From assembly GCA_963662715.1 (NCBI GenBank), contig OY759724.1, positions 1,562,662 through 1,626,661 of the forward strand: a DNA stretch of 64,000 bases. Direction: 5' to 3'. The first letter of the stretch is position 1. Every line of letters starts with the position of its first letter. This stretch comes from Candidatus Omnitrophota bacterium (GTDB lineage: Bacteria > Omnitrophota > Gorgyraeia > Zapsychrales > JANLHA01). Below are positions 17,310 through 27,614 of this stretch, piece after piece. The position numbers and the translations under genes are program-made. Below the pieces are notes generated by a model. That model had not been told where the DNA came from. It made no database searches and was given only the letters and a program-made list of their open reading frames with translations.

Positions 17310-19201
17310 GGAAGATCCTTTTGTAAGGGTAATTGTATCTGAAACATGCTTCCGTCTTCTCCGGGAATGCAGGAGATGTCCCCCTGGTGTTCCCGGATGA
17401 TTTGCCGGGCGATCGTCAGGCCCAGTCCCGTGCCCCGGGTCCTGGCCGTCAGACTGTCATCAACACGGTAAAAGGCTTCAAATATCTTTCTGGCATTGGA
17501 CGCGGATATCCCGATCCCCTTGTCTTCGACTTTAATCAGGACGGAATAATTGTCCGTTTCTATATTGATATCTATGACCTTCGTATCCGCGGAATATTTT
17601 TCCGCGTTTGATAAAAGGTTGACTAAAACCTGTTTTATGGCTTCTTCATCAGCGTGAATATAAAGGGGCTCTGTTTGCGCCCGCAACGTTACGGTAAATC
17701 CTTTATACTCCAGCCGGATCCTCTGGCCTTCGGTGACCTGCCGGCAGAGCTGGACGATGTCTATTTTTTTCATTGTGTAACGTTTTTTCTTCTGCCCGAT
17801 TTTCGTGAAATCCAGGACATTATTAATGAGCCGGTTGAGCCGTTCAGTTTCAGACAAAATAATATCGAGATACTGCCGGCGTTTTTGTTCCGTGATTTCG
17901 CGTTTCTGTCTTAACATTTCGGCAAACATGCTGATGGATGTTAGAGGGGTTTTAAGTTCATGAGAAACATTCGTGGCAAATGTTGTTTTCTGCTGGGCCA
18001 GGCGAATTTCACTGAAAAGGGAGCGCAGGATTAATATGCTGCCGAGGACAATGCTGATCAGTAGCAGAGAAATCAGCAGCCAGACCAGCATCGCGGTAGA
18101 GTTGGCCTTGGATATGATCTCCTGAGGGTTGGTCAAATAAGCGACCACCTCCCAGTGAGGGAGGACTTGGCTGATCTCTCCGGCGACAAAAGGGCTCCTC
18201 CAGTCCCGCTGACTTTCCTGGTGGGGCGTGATCAGCGGGTTGCCGTTCTCATCGAGAATGGTCAGGATCCTGACCTTGGAATACACGTCCGGGAGCAGTT
18301 TGATGATCTTTTCAACCAGCCGGTCCTGGTCAATAACGCATCCTGATATGTAGCCCTCGGTTTCTTTTTTCCAGAAAAACAATCGCAACCTTCCGTCAAG
18401 AATCCGCGGGAAAATCCCGGCATCCTCCCCGGTAATGATCTCGCTGAATTTGCGTGACTGGGAGATAAAGATCGATTCCAGCGGGGGCGGGGATGCCTTT
18501 TCTCCCTTGCCGGAAAAAGATTTCGAAAAGCTGTTCTTCCCTCCTTTTGGGGGAAGATTCACTTTCCGGTAGACAATTTTCTGCCCCTTGGATTCGGCCT
18601 GCTGATAGACTTTTTCCCGAAGAGGGGAATACTGTTCAAATTGACTCTGGGCGTACTGGTCTTCGATGTCGTTTATGATTTGATAAGAGCTGTTTTGGGT
18701 GCTGCTCTGCCACATTTGACTGTTGGCTGCCAGGGTGTTTTGGTTGAGGATTTCATCTTTATAGGCGACAGCGATGTTTTCATAGACGGGGATGGATTCC
18801 TGGTCCTTGAAAAAGGCCGTATTCCATCGCAGGAAAAAATTTTCTTTGGGACCCAGCCGGTAAGACGTGTTTGGAAAAATGATGTCTTTTTGCGGAGACA
18901 AGACAAAAGGCGTTTCAATGAACGAAGAGCGCCGTTTCCATTGAAAAGCGATTTGATTGTAATCATGGTGCGGAAGGGAGACCGTTTGGTCAAGTTCGGT
19001 GTTGAGCTGTTTTAACAGACCGTTGATCAGAGATGTGATATGCCCCACTTCGGCCCGCAAGGTGTCTTCGAGCTGTTTTTTTAGATAAGCTTCTTCCCGT
19101 TCAACGCTTCGTACAGCAAGGAAGCTCAAGGCGAAGCTTGGAATGATGACGGCAAGAAGAAAATAAACGCTGAGATGAGGTTTGAAGATGAATTTTTTCA
19201 T
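17306..19201 (-). CDS. sensor histidine kinase (periplasmic sensor, TM, HisKA, HATPase_c)
   Basis: 'FATNVSHELKTPLTSI' is the H-box. 'DKGIGI' and 'GTGLGLTIARQIIREHQG' are the G-boxes. Overlaps the downstream regulator by 4 nt. Confidence 0.85.
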   Translation of the reverse strand: MKKFIFKPHLSVYFLLAVIIPSFALSFLAVRSVEREEAYLKKQLEDTLRAEVGHITSLINGLLKQLNTELDQTVSLPHHDYNQIAFQWKRRSSFIETPFVLSPQKDIIFPNTSYRLGPKENFFLRWNTAFFKDQESIPVYENIAVAYKDEILNQNTLAANSQMWQSSTQNSSYQIINDIEDQYAQSQFEQYSPLREKVYQQAESKGQKIVYRKVNLPPKGGKNSFSKSFSGKGEKASPPPLESIFISQSRKFSEIITGEDAGIFPRILDGRLRLFFWKKETEGYISGCVIDQDRLVEKIIKLLPDVYSKVRILTILDENGNPLITPHQESQRDWRSPFVAGEISQVLPHWEVVAYLTNPQEIISKANSTAMLVWLLISLLLISIVLGSILILRSLFSEIRLAQQKTTFATNVSHELKTPLTSISMFAEMLRQKREITEQKRRQYLDIILSETERLNRLINNVLDFTKIGQKKKRYTMKKIDIVQLCRQVTEGQRIRLEYKGFTVTLRAQTEPLYIHADEEAIKQVLVNLLSNAEKYSADTKVIDINIETDNYSVLIKVEDKGIGISASNARKIFEAFYRVDDSLTARTRGTGLGLTIARQIIREHQGDISCIPGEDGSMFQIQLPLQKDLP

Positions 19202-19280
19202 GGTTTATTCTAAGAGAGCTGCGGGTTCCGCCCGCAGCTCTCTTAGAAGTAAATTCCCTTTTTGAGATTCGGAAAGGATA

Positions 19281-20750
19281 TCAGCGGCTCTGTTGTTTTT
19301 GCAGATTCTGGTCGTAAACGGACGTCTGATACCCCTGCTGTGCCGCCGCCGGGCTGTTGAGCGACGGCCCGCTGTTATATGACGCATCCAGATAATACGG
19401 TTCATACTGATTTGTTTTTTGTATCCAGCTGGAATTTTTCATCGATTTCCGCTGATACTTTGTCATGCGCTGCCTTTCATTTATTTCTTTGGCGAATTGT
19501 TTGTTGCCCTGAGCTTCGCTTAACAGTTTAGGATCATTATCACATATTTGGGCTAGCTTTTCTAGTTCGGCCCCCTGCTTTTTAAGAAGGGAACTCGCTT
19601 CCTGGTATTGCCCTTTATCGGCCAGTTCGATGGCCTGGTCCTTTATTTCCGCTGTGCGTGTTAACGCCACATCCCGGAGGATGTCCTTGTTCTGGGCCCG
19701 CAGTACCGTATGCGTGTTATTGTCGTATTGGATCGTGACGGTCCGTCTTTCCGTATATGTTTTCTTGCTGTAAGGATCAACGTAGTCGATTTGAACACGC
19801 GCGATTTCCATGGTGGCTCCCGGTCTTTGCGGCGGGACCCGCACTTCAAATAAAGCATATTTTTCGTTAAGCCCGTAAAGGTTGGGGATGCTGAGCTGCA
19901 TGGCGTTGCGGGAAACCGTTCCTTCCCGGCCGATCGTTTTTAAGGGGATGACTCCCCGCGGACAATGAACCCGGATATTGATCGCTTTAGCCGTCAGCGT
20001 CATGGCCTCGCCGACTTCCTGAGCAAAGATCTGCGGAAGTTCATCGCTGTTTTGTGCAAAATAAGAATTGCCGCCGCTCTTCTGAGCCAACGCCGTCATG
20101 AGGTCTTCATTGTAATCCAGCCCCACACCTACCGTGGAGACATTGATCCCGTCCCGGTCAAGGGACCCTCCCAGGTAGGAGAGCTCTTCTGTCGACTGGG
20201 GCCCCACATTCGCGAGACCGTCAGACAGCAAGATGATTCTGTTTATAAAATCTTCATTGAGATTCCGCTGCAGTTCCCGGGCCCCCAGAGTCAGTCCGCC
20301 GTAGAGCGCGGTTGATCCGCCGGAGCGGATTCCTGAAATGGCACGGATGAAAGTGTCTTTGTTCTTTAAGGGGCGGGCGGAAAGCAGGACATGAGGCGCT
20401 GAATCGTAAACGACGAGAGAAACGATATCTTCCCGGTTCAGCCGGTTGATGATTTCAATCGCGGCGCTTTTGGCATTCTCCATTTTGTTTTGACTTCCCA
20501 TGGATCCCGATTTATCCAGAACAATGGCTAAGTTAAAGGGCAATCTTTCCCTTTGCCGGTCCGGCTGCAGGGCCTCGAGAGCGACTTTGATAACCACCTG
20601 ATCGTCTCTTCCGGCAAGGACAAGGGGTTTGTCGGTTTCCGTTGATATCCTGATCTGTGTCGTCGGTGTGTTATGCGCTGCCAGAGGCAGGGGCTGGTAA
20701 ATCAAAGCTGTCGTAATAACAAAAAGGATGGTGAGGGGCGTTTTTTTCAT
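19281..20750 (-). CDS. secreted von Willebrand factor A (vWA) domain protein
   Basis: Start chosen at MKKTPLT, with GGAGGA 5 nt upstream. Signal peptide present. MIDAS motif 'LDKSGSMGS'. The C-terminal third is a Q/K-rich, likely coiled-coil, region. Confidence 0.75.
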   Translation of the reverse strand: MKKTPLTILFVITTALIYQPLPLAAHNTPTTQIRISTETDKPLVLAGRDDQVVIKVALEALQPDRQRERLPFNLAIVLDKSGSMGSQNKMENAKSAAIEIINRLNREDIVSLVVYDSAPHVLLSARPLKNKDTFIRAISGIRSGGSTALYGGLTLGARELQRNLNEDFINRIILLSDGLANVGPQSTEELSYLGGSLDRDGINVSTVGVGLDYNEDLMTALAQKSGGNSYFAQNSDELPQIFAQEVGEAMTLTAKAINIRVHCPRGVIPLKTIGREGTVSRNAMQLSIPNLYGLNEKYALFEVRVPPQRPGATMEIARVQIDYVDPYSKKTYTERRTVTIQYDNNTHTVLRAQNKDILRDVALTRTAEIKDQAIELADKGQYQEASSLLKKQGAELEKLAQICDNDPKLLSEAQGNKQFAKEINERQRMTKYQRKSMKNSSWIQKTNQYEPYYLDASYNSGPSLNSPAAAQQGYQTSVYDQNLQKQQSR

Positions 20751-21155
20751 CTGGTCCTCCATGGAAATGGGTTGATTTTTAGGGAACGGCCGGTCTATCC
20801 GGGCCCCTTTATCCTGAAATCAGGTCCTGTCCTGATGCCTTTTTCGCAAGAAGAGCTGCGTTCATGTTTTAATTGTGACATGTTATGGCCGTGCCGTTGT
20901 CAGTCGGGAGTAAAAATAATGTAAAAGAAATGTAAAAAGATGGGACGGCTGTTTAACGTTTTTCGGGGGGTGCTGATGTGAGAAAATTTCTTTAAGATGT
21001 CTTTTAATTGGTTTCGTAGGGTTCCTGATTTATGTTATACTACCGATATTGTAGAATAAAACATGAGGTTGTTTTTGAACATGTTATGGAAAAATAGCCG
21101 TGGAAGGCCCCCAGGGGCCTGCGGGAAGGGACTTTTTTAAGGAAAGGGAGACGTT

Positions 21156-21578
21156 ATGACAAAAGAGGAGGTTTTGGATTTTATAAATTCTAACCTGTCA
21201 TGCTATCTTGCTACGTCCGAGGAGACTCAGCCGCGTGTCAGAGGGATGATGGCTTACCGGGCTGATGACCACGGCATCCTTTTTCATACAGGCAAAAGCA
21301 AGGACCTTTATAAACAGCTCCTGGCCAATCCGCTGACAGAGGTATGCTTTTATAATGAAAATAAAAGCATGCAGGTCAGAGTGCAGGGAAGGGCTGTTAT
21401 TGAAGAGAACGATGGTTTAAAGAATGAAATTGTTGCGGCGCGTCCGTTTTTAAAACCCTGGGTTGATGAGATGGGGCTGGATATTCTGGTCGTATTCAGG
21501 ATCACGGAAGCCCGGGCGTGTGTCTGGACGTTTGGGACAAATTTCGCCCCCAAGACGTATATTCAGATCACGCAATAA
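21156..21578 (+). CDS. pyridoxamine 5'-phosphate oxidase-like FMN-binding split-barrel protein
   Basis: GGGAGA ribosome-binding site. Size and the 'SCYLATSEETQPRVRGMMAY...GILFHTGKSKDLYKQL' pattern fit the PNPOx-like family. Confidence 0.5.
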   Translation: MTKEEVLDFINSNLSCYLATSEETQPRVRGMMAYRADDHGILFHTGKSKDLYKQLLANPLTEVCFYNENKSMQVRVQGRAVIEENDGLKNEIVAARPFLKPWVDEMGLDILVVFRITEARACVWTFGTNFAPKTYIQITQ

Positions 21579-21682
21579 CGCCGGTTAAAATAGCTGTTTT
21601 GGCTTTTCCTGGAAACGCCCCGGAGTTTTAGGGCATAGCGTTTTCAGGAGGTCATAATATAAAAAAAGGAAACGAGAGTTTT

Positions 21683-22246
21683 ATGGCTGTCTTAAAAAAA
21701 ATATGCGCCTGGTGCGGGGCTGAGCTGGGAACCGTTGAGTCAACGGCGGTGAGTGAGCATCCCATAACGCATGGTATGTGCCTGATGTGTGCCAGAAAGA
21801 TTCTGGAGAGAGAAGGGGATTTTATGGATGATTTTTTAAACGAGCTGGGAGTCCCCCTTCTGCTTGTTAAAGAGGATACGTCTCTGCACGTCATGAACAA
21901 GCAGGCTGTAGACCTGATTGTCAAGAGACTCCGGAAGCCCCAAGGGCAGACTCTGCGTCCCGGGGAACTGCTTTCCTGTATTCATTCAAAGGCTCCGGGG
22001 GGATGCGGAAAAACCGTTCACTGTAAATCCTGCGCGATCAGGAACGCCGTTTTTGAAACCTATGCAACCGGAAACCCGCTGGTGAAACTTCGGTCTTATC
22101 CGGATGTCCAGGTTGATGACGAAGTCAAAACAATGTGTTTCGAAATAACGACCGAGAAACTGGGGGAATTTGTTTTGCTGCGTATTGATGACCTGAGAGA
22201 GAAGGTGAAGGACGGCGCCCCTTCCGCATCAGGAGGGGGCGAATAA
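21683..22246 (+). CDS. Cys-rich hypothetical protein (N-terminal CxxC...THGMCxxC, second C4 cluster downstream)
   Basis: 'CAWCGAELGTVESTAVSEHPITHGMCLMC' at the N-terminus. A second cluster 'CIHSKAPGGCGKTVHCKSC' lies downstream. Confidence 0.45.
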   Translation: MAVLKKICAWCGAELGTVESTAVSEHPITHGMCLMCARKILEREGDFMDDFLNELGVPLLLVKEDTSLHVMNKQAVDLIVKRLRKPQGQTLRPGELLSCIHSKAPGGCGKTVHCKSCAIRNAVFETYATGNPLVKLRSYPDVQVDDEVKTMCFEITTEKLGEFVLLRIDDLREKVKDGAPSASGGGE

Positions 22247-22270
22247 CGGACGCACTGCCGGCTGTGTTTC

Positions 22271-24154
22271 TTGTCCAGCCTGCTTTTTATGTTTTATAAC
22301 GAGTTTTTTCCCTTTGATATGACCCGATCCCTATCTGTCAGAATCTCCCGCAACCTGTTTTTGGGGGTTCTTGTTCTTCTGTTTTTATATGAAGCCAGTT
22401 ATATTTTCTGGAGAGCAGGACATGCCTATCGTAACTTTAAGGCTGCCGGCTGGAATTATGATGAGCGGCGGCACGATTTTGCCGAAGCCCTGCCGTATCT
22501 GACATTAAAAAGGTTTTTGCCCGAAACTTCTCTTATAGATGTGCCTGCCCGGGGCTGGGATATAGAAAATGTCGCTGCCAAATATTTTCTTTACCCCATA
22601 AGGTTTCAAAAAGGCGGGAATTATATTTTAACTCATAAAGACGATGCCTCTCAGCCTCCTTCAAACTGGCAGAACAGGAGCCTTCCCCGGGGCATGAACG
22701 TGTATGCGAAGCCGGGCTATGGGTTTGCCGATCAAACGCGGCGCAATAGTGTTTCTTTGCCGTTGGGTATGACATTTATTTGGGTGTGTGTTTTTGCGGT
22801 TTTTAATATCCTGATCGGGCTGTCTTTCCTGAAAACATTGGAGTTCCCCTTGAGGGAAGGGGTGCCTTTATGGATTTGGGGATGTAGCTATCTGCTGGGT
22901 TTCCTGCTTTTGAGTGTTTCCCTTTTGGTGCTGGCTGCGGCAGGGAGAGGGTTGATCGATATGAATATCATCCTTATCGTTTGGGTGGCTGTTATATGGA
23001 TGGTATACATTGTCAAGCAAACGGTATGGGCTGATGTCTTTTCCGGGGGTGGGAGGATATCGCTCCCGGACCGGATTCCCTTAGCTTGTTTCAAGGAAAA
23101 CTCTCTGCACGGGTTTTTGATTTTTGTTTTAATCGCCGTCATCATCATTTCCGTTTTTACTCCGGTTGTGGACTGGGACGGGATGGCCCACTGGATCATG
23201 AAATCCAAAATTATGGCCTGTCAGCACCGGCTGGATTTTTCCTATACGCATAATAATTATCACCCTATCCTCTGGCCTGTTTACGTGGCGGTGCAATTTA
23301 TCATAAGCGGCGGAATTCATGATCAGTTCGCAAAATGGACGTCGGCATTCTTGTTTGTCGTCTTTGCCGGGTTCCTCTGGCAGGGTTTCCGGGCCGTCTC
23401 CGGGAAGGGGAAGACGGCGACTTTGTTCACCCTGGTCTTTGTCGTTCTGAGCTTTCGTGTGCCGGTGAAAGATTTTTGGTTTTACAATTACATTCATGCG
23501 AATGCCGAGAATTTATTTTTATCCTTTCTGACAGGAGTAACCCTCGCGGTCATGCTGTGGATCCGGTCGAGAGAAAAATGTTATTTGTCTTTGGCTGTTT
23601 TCTTCGGCGCGGGGTTGTCTTTGACGAAATTAGAAGGCGCAGCCACGGTCCTGCTTTTGGCCGTGCCGTTATGGGTGTTGTTTAAGAAGCTGAAGATGTC
23701 GAAAAAAGAAATACAGCTGTTATCTGCCTTGAGCTTCAGTGTCCTGCTGTTGGTGTTGTGGGTTCTTTGGGTGAACCTGCACGGTTATGGAGAGGCCACC
23801 CTGCATGCAGGCTCCGGGGTGACTTGGGAAAAGGCCGGTATTTTGACGCACAGGCTGACAGATTATATCCTGCATAATCAGTTTATTCTTTTGAATCTTA
23901 TTTTCTTTGGCGCGGCCCTTGTTGTTCCGAGGAACAGGTTGTGGACGGTGAGCGAGAAATATCTGCTTTTCAGTTCCGTATTGTTAATACTGTTTAGCTG
24001 TCTCGCCATGGCCGGTTGGCCGGCAGAAAAACTGAAGTCTACGTCTCTGGAGGTGTTTCAGAGACTCTTTCTTCATGCGGCTCCGGTGGTGGCGTTTTTT
24101 TGTGTCAGCCGGTTTTCGGGTGACTCCAAAGAAAGCGCGGAAGACTGTTGCTGA
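22271..24154 (+). CDS. large polytopic membrane protein, possibly GT-C-type glycosyltransferase
   Basis: 627 aa with about 14 predicted TM helices and loops. No soluble catalytic domain recognised. Confidence 0.45.
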   Translation: MSSLLFMFYNEFFPFDMTRSLSVRISRNLFLGVLVLLFLYEASYIFWRAGHAYRNFKAAGWNYDERRHDFAEALPYLTLKRFLPETSLIDVPARGWDIENVAAKYFLYPIRFQKGGNYILTHKDDASQPPSNWQNRSLPRGMNVYAKPGYGFADQTRRNSVSLPLGMTFIWVCVFAVFNILIGLSFLKTLEFPLREGVPLWIWGCSYLLGFLLLSVSLLVLAAAGRGLIDMNIILIVWVAVIWMVYIVKQTVWADVFSGGGRISLPDRIPLACFKENSLHGFLIFVLIAVIIISVFTPVVDWDGMAHWIMKSKIMACQHRLDFSYTHNNYHPILWPVYVAVQFIISGGIHDQFAKWTSAFLFVVFAGFLWQGFRAVSGKGKTATLFTLVFVVLSFRVPVKDFWFYNYIHANAENLFLSFLTGVTLAVMLWIRSREKCYLSLAVFFGAGLSLTKLEGAATVLLLAVPLWVLFKKLKMSKKEIQLLSALSFSVLLLVLWVLWVNLHGYGEATLHAGSGVTWEKAGILTHRLTDYILHNQFILLNLIFFGAALVVPRNRLWTVSEKYLLFSSVLLILFSCLAMAGWPAEKLKSTSLEVFQRLFLHAAPVVAFFCVSRFSGDSKESAEDCC

Positions 24155-24219
24155 CGATCGGAAACATTGCTGTGAAATTTTAGAAAAGCATAAACCTTGT
24201 TTGTTGAAGGATCCGTTTC

Positions 24220-24945
24220 ATGAAACATCTTTCGGGCTTGCTGAAAAACAAAATATTTATGCTGTATTTTAAAGGAGTAACCCTGTGTTCCTGTATCATC
24301 GGAACACCATTATTCCTTCACCAGTTCCCTCACGTGAGGTCCGGCTTTTTTTGGTATCCGGTTTTTCTGCTGATTTTTATTGCGGCAACGAGTCTCCTGT
24401 TAACCCTTGTCAGTGGCCGGGCCTTCCAGCAGGACGACCCGCCGTTTTTCCAGCGTATCTTGCTGACTCTTGCTTGCAGCAGCGCCGGTTTCTTCCCTGT
24501 CTGGCTGGCTACCTTCGGCCCGGAAGTCCTGGGGCGTAATGCCTGGCGAGGAAATGTTGTGTCGGTAAATATCATTATGGGATTTCTCGGCTTAACAGGG
24601 GGGATATGGGCTTCGCTAGGACAACGCTGGTTTCAACAAAAACCTTTTTCTTGCAAAAGAACCGCTCTTATAACAACAGGAGCTTGGGGACTCTATTTTT
24701 TTACCGGGATTATCAGCCGGGTGCAGGGCTCTGCTTCTTTCAGCGCGATGTTCAAGGTTTTTACCCAGGGAGTTCATGATGACTATTTGTTCTATTTTTT
24801 CTGGGAAGCTCTTGTTTGGCGGATCATTTGGCCGTTCGGTTTTATCTCCGTGTTGACTTTGTATGTTTTTCAAGAAAAAATTTTTTATGAAGACCCGAAG
24901 GATAAAGGCTTTAAAGCCAAAAGGCCCTCATCCTGGTGGGATTGA
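24220..24945 (+). CDS. hypothetical polytopic membrane protein
   Basis: 6-7 hydrophobic helices. Confidence 0.4.
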   Translation: MKHLSGLLKNKIFMLYFKGVTLCSCIIGTPLFLHQFPHVRSGFFWYPVFLLIFIAATSLLLTLVSGRAFQQDDPPFFQRILLTLACSSAGFFPVWLATFGPEVLGRNAWRGNVVSVNIIMGFLGLTGGIWASLGQRWFQQKPFSCKRTALITTGAWGLYFFTGIISRVQGSASFSAMFKVFTQGVHDDYLFYFFWEALVWRIIWPFGFISVLTLYVFQEKIFYEDPKDKGFKAKRPSSWWD

Positions 24946-25541
24946 AAGGAGGTGTTTTTTTGGCGGAACTGACCCCTTTTTTAATTTTTGCCGCTGTCAT
25001 GGTCATTGTTTCTGTTGTTATGAGGTATGAGATCAAGCGGCAGGAAGCCCTTTTTGAACAGCAGGCGTTGAAACGCGGCGGGCGCGTGCAAAAAGGGCAT
25101 TTCTTGTCGTATCCCCGGCTAAGGCTGCCTGTTCATGACGCTGAAATGGAAGTGTATATGACCCCCGGTTCCCGGAACCGGCCTCCCTATACGTATATAA
25201 AAATGGATTTAGCCCACCTAAGGGATTATAATATCAGACTTTACCGGGAGATTCGATTCCTGGGCATCGGAACTGTTTTTGGCCAGGATATCTTAATCGG
25301 AAACCCGGATTTTGACGATGCCTATGTTATCCAAGGCAGTGATCCGTTGATCGTGCAGAATTTTTTGCAACACGGGATTCAGCAGGGATTGCTGAATATC
25401 AAAGATTGGCAGCCTACTTTAGAGATTCATAACGGCCGGTTCAGCCTGCACGCGACCAGGGCTTTGAGGCAGACGGAGGACATGGATGTTTTTATCGAAT
25501 TGGGACGGGAGATGATCGGTCGGCTGCGGGAGATAGGATGA
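24936..25541 (+). CDS. membrane-anchored hypothetical protein
   Basis: Overlaps the upstream gene by 10 nt. One N-terminal TM helix. Confidence 0.4.
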   Translation: MGLKGGVFLAELTPFLIFAAVMVIVSVVMRYEIKRQEALFEQQALKRGGRVQKGHFLSYPRLRLPVHDAEMEVYMTPGSRNRPPYTYIKMDLAHLRDYNIRLYREIRFLGIGTVFGQDILIGNPDFDDAYVIQGSDPLIVQNFLQHGIQQGLLNIKDWQPTLEIHNGRFSLHATRALRQTEDMDVFIELGREMIGRLREIG

Positions 25542-25587
25542 GGCTTCGGGAGCCCGGTAAAACAGGAATTTTGGAAATATCATTATC

Positions 25588-25980
25588 ATGAGAAGAGTTG
25601 CGGCGGCTATTATTAAACAGGACGGGAAGATTCTTATTGCCAAAAGGAAAAGAGGCGATGAGATGGGAGGGCAATGGGAATTCCCGGGCGGGACCGTCCA
25701 GGAAGGGGAAACCCCTGCGCAGGCTATGAAAAGGGAATTAAAGGAAGAGCTGGGGGTGAATGCCGAGGTGGGGCGTTTAATCGGACGGGAGCTTTATCCG
25801 GTCAATGATGATGTCCTTGAATTATGGTTTTTCGAGGCGTCTATTGATTCGGATTCTTTGACTTTAAGTGAACATGAGGAAACAAAATGGGTCTGTCCTG
25901 CTGTTCTGGAGGAATATGACTTTCCTCCGGCAGACAGAAAAATCGTACAGAAGTTAACGTCGTTGGAAGACGGTCATTAA
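25588..25980 (+). CDS. NUDIX hydrolase (MutT-like)
   Basis: NUDIX box 'GGQWEFPGGTVQEGETPAQAMKRELKEELGV' (Gx5Ex7REUxEExGU). Confidence 0.8.
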   Translation: MRRVAAAIIKQDGKILIAKRKRGDEMGGQWEFPGGTVQEGETPAQAMKRELKEELGVNAEVGRLIGRELYPVNDDVLELWFFEASIDSDSLTLSEHEETKWVCPAVLEEYDFPPADRKIVQKLTSLEDGH

Positions 25981-26015
25981 GGTTAGAAAGTTATTGTCTT
26001 TTATGGCCGGGAATC

Positions 26016-26492
26016 ATGCTTATGGCCCGATGCAGTGCAGGAATATTAATGTATCGTCTGCGAGGTCCGTCCCTTGAAGTTCTGCTCGGACATCCCGGAG
26101 GCCCTTATTGGGCTAAGAAGGAGGAACATGTCTGGTCGATTCCAAAAGGAGAATTTTCAAAGGAGGAAGACGCCTTGACCGCGGCCCGCAGGGAATTTGA
26201 AGAAGAAACCGGATTCCCGGTCGGCGGGAACGGTATCCCCTTGACACCGCTAAAACAGCCGAGCGGCAAAATCATTTATGCTTGGGCCGTGGAAGGAGAT
26301 CTGGATGCCGCTTCTGTTAAAAGCAATACCTGTGCCGTAGAGTGGCCTCCCCGTTCGGGCCGGCTGATTGATGTGCCGGAGATTGACAGGGCCGAATGGT
26401 TCTCTCCTGTCTGCGCAAGAGAAAAACTGGTCAAAGGACAGGTTGGGTTCGTGGATGAACTGCTGTCCCTTTTAGGGGTCGAAGACGTTTAA
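26016..26492 (+). CDS. NUDIX-domain protein (second, divergent)
   Basis: 'SIPKGEFSKEEDALTAARREFEEETGF' is a NUDIX box variant. Confidence 0.6.
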   Translation: MLMARCSAGILMYRLRGPSLEVLLGHPGGPYWAKKEEHVWSIPKGEFSKEEDALTAARREFEEETGFPVGGNGIPLTPLKQPSGKIIYAWAVEGDLDAASVKSNTCAVEWPPRSGRLIDVPEIDRAEWFSPVCAREKLVKGQVGFVDELLSLLGVEDV

Positions 26493-26785
26493 CATGAAGT
26501 TTCCGGATGCTTGCATGACGGGGATGAGCGCGTGCCAACACAGGGGAAGAATAAATATTTCCCCGGAAAACGAAAGGTGTTATTATGGGACATAGGTCTG
26601 AAGTTCTCGAATTCATAAAACTGATTGATTATCAGCCGCAGGCAGACGGCCCCGTTTGACGCCTGTGTGTTTATTGTTGAAGGGGAGGCGGAAATCATTT
26701 GAAAATGGTTTTGACGATGATCAAATCCTGACCGGAAGAATTTTGCGGGCGGCTACTGCCGCCTGAACAAAGCAAGGAGATTGTT

Positions 26786-27088
26786 ATGCCTGAAAATATC
26801 CCCGCACAGGATATTTTTAATCAATTTAAAACCCGGAAAAGAAAACAGTGGATGGCGACGGGGCCTGCTGTTCTCGCTATTGTTTTGATATTCCTGGCGG
26901 AAGAGGGCGGGGCAGAGTCGGTTGCCGGGGTTCCTATCCCCGTCTTGGGCCCGTTTTGTTTTATTGTTATCCTGGGCGTTCTTGTCTTTTCATTTATGAA
27001 TTGGCGTTGTCCTTCCTGCGGCAGCTATCTCGGCAAGAAAATCAATCCAAGATACTGCAGCCATTGCGGCGTTCAGTTATGTGAATAA
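26786..27088 (+). CDS. small membrane protein with C-terminal zinc ribbon
   Basis: Two TM helices followed by 'CPSCGSYLGKKINPRYCSHCG'. Confidence 0.4.
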   Translation: MPENIPAQDIFNQFKTRKRKQWMATGPAVLAIVLIFLAEEGGAESVAGVPIPVLGPFCFIVILGVLVFSFMNWRCPSCGSYLGKKINPRYCSHCGVQLCE

Positions 27089-27204
27089 GCAAAGACCGGA
27101 GGAAATATCATAAAAAAAGTTGGCGGTAGAGAGTCAGGTTTTGATATGCTTCTTGTGAAAGGCAGCGCTTTTAAAAAGATTCCCGGATAAAATTTTTTGC
27201 ATTA

Positions 27205-27606
27205 TTGAAATCGTATGGAAAAGTCATGAATGGGAAGAAAATTTTAATTGTAGATGATGATCCTAATATTATTAAATTATTAGGCATTGTTTTAGAAAAA
27301 GAGGGATTTATAACGGAGCACGCGCAGACCGGAGAAGAGGCGATGCAAAAAAGTCGGGACTTTGTTCCGGATCTTATTATTATGGATCTGGTTTTGCCGG
27401 ATGTGGACGGCGCAGAAGTTGTTACCCGTTTAATAGAAAGGACGTCTTTTAAAAATATGCCCAAAATTATTTTTGTTTCAGGGGTGATTTCTAATAATGA
27501 CGCCAGCTCGGAATTTATTACTGTTAAGCAGTGGCAGTTCCCGATCATTGCCAAACCTCTTGATATTAAGAGAATCAAAAGCGCAGTGAAAGAAATTCTG
27601 CAATAA
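27205..27606 (+). CDS. single-domain response regulator (CheY-like receiver)
   Basis: 'KKILIVDDDPNII...DLIIMDLVLPDVDG...FVSG' places the conserved D, D, T/S and K at canonical positions. Confidence 0.75.
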   Translation: MKSYGKVMNGKKILIVDDDPNIIKLLGIVLEKEGFITEHAQTGEEAMQKSRDFVPDLIIMDLVLPDVDGAEVVTRLIERTSFKNMPKIIFVSGVISNNDASSEFITVKQWQFPIIAKPLDIKRIKSAVKEILQ

Positions 27607-27614
27607 ATTTTATC

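Noticed and set aside
17333-19015. Several + strand ORFs (17333-17611, 17654-17914, 18155-18346, 18641-19015) antisense to the histidine kinase gene
   Set aside because: They lie entirely within a confidently assigned - strand kinase gene and have no motifs. Typical antisense shadow ORFs.
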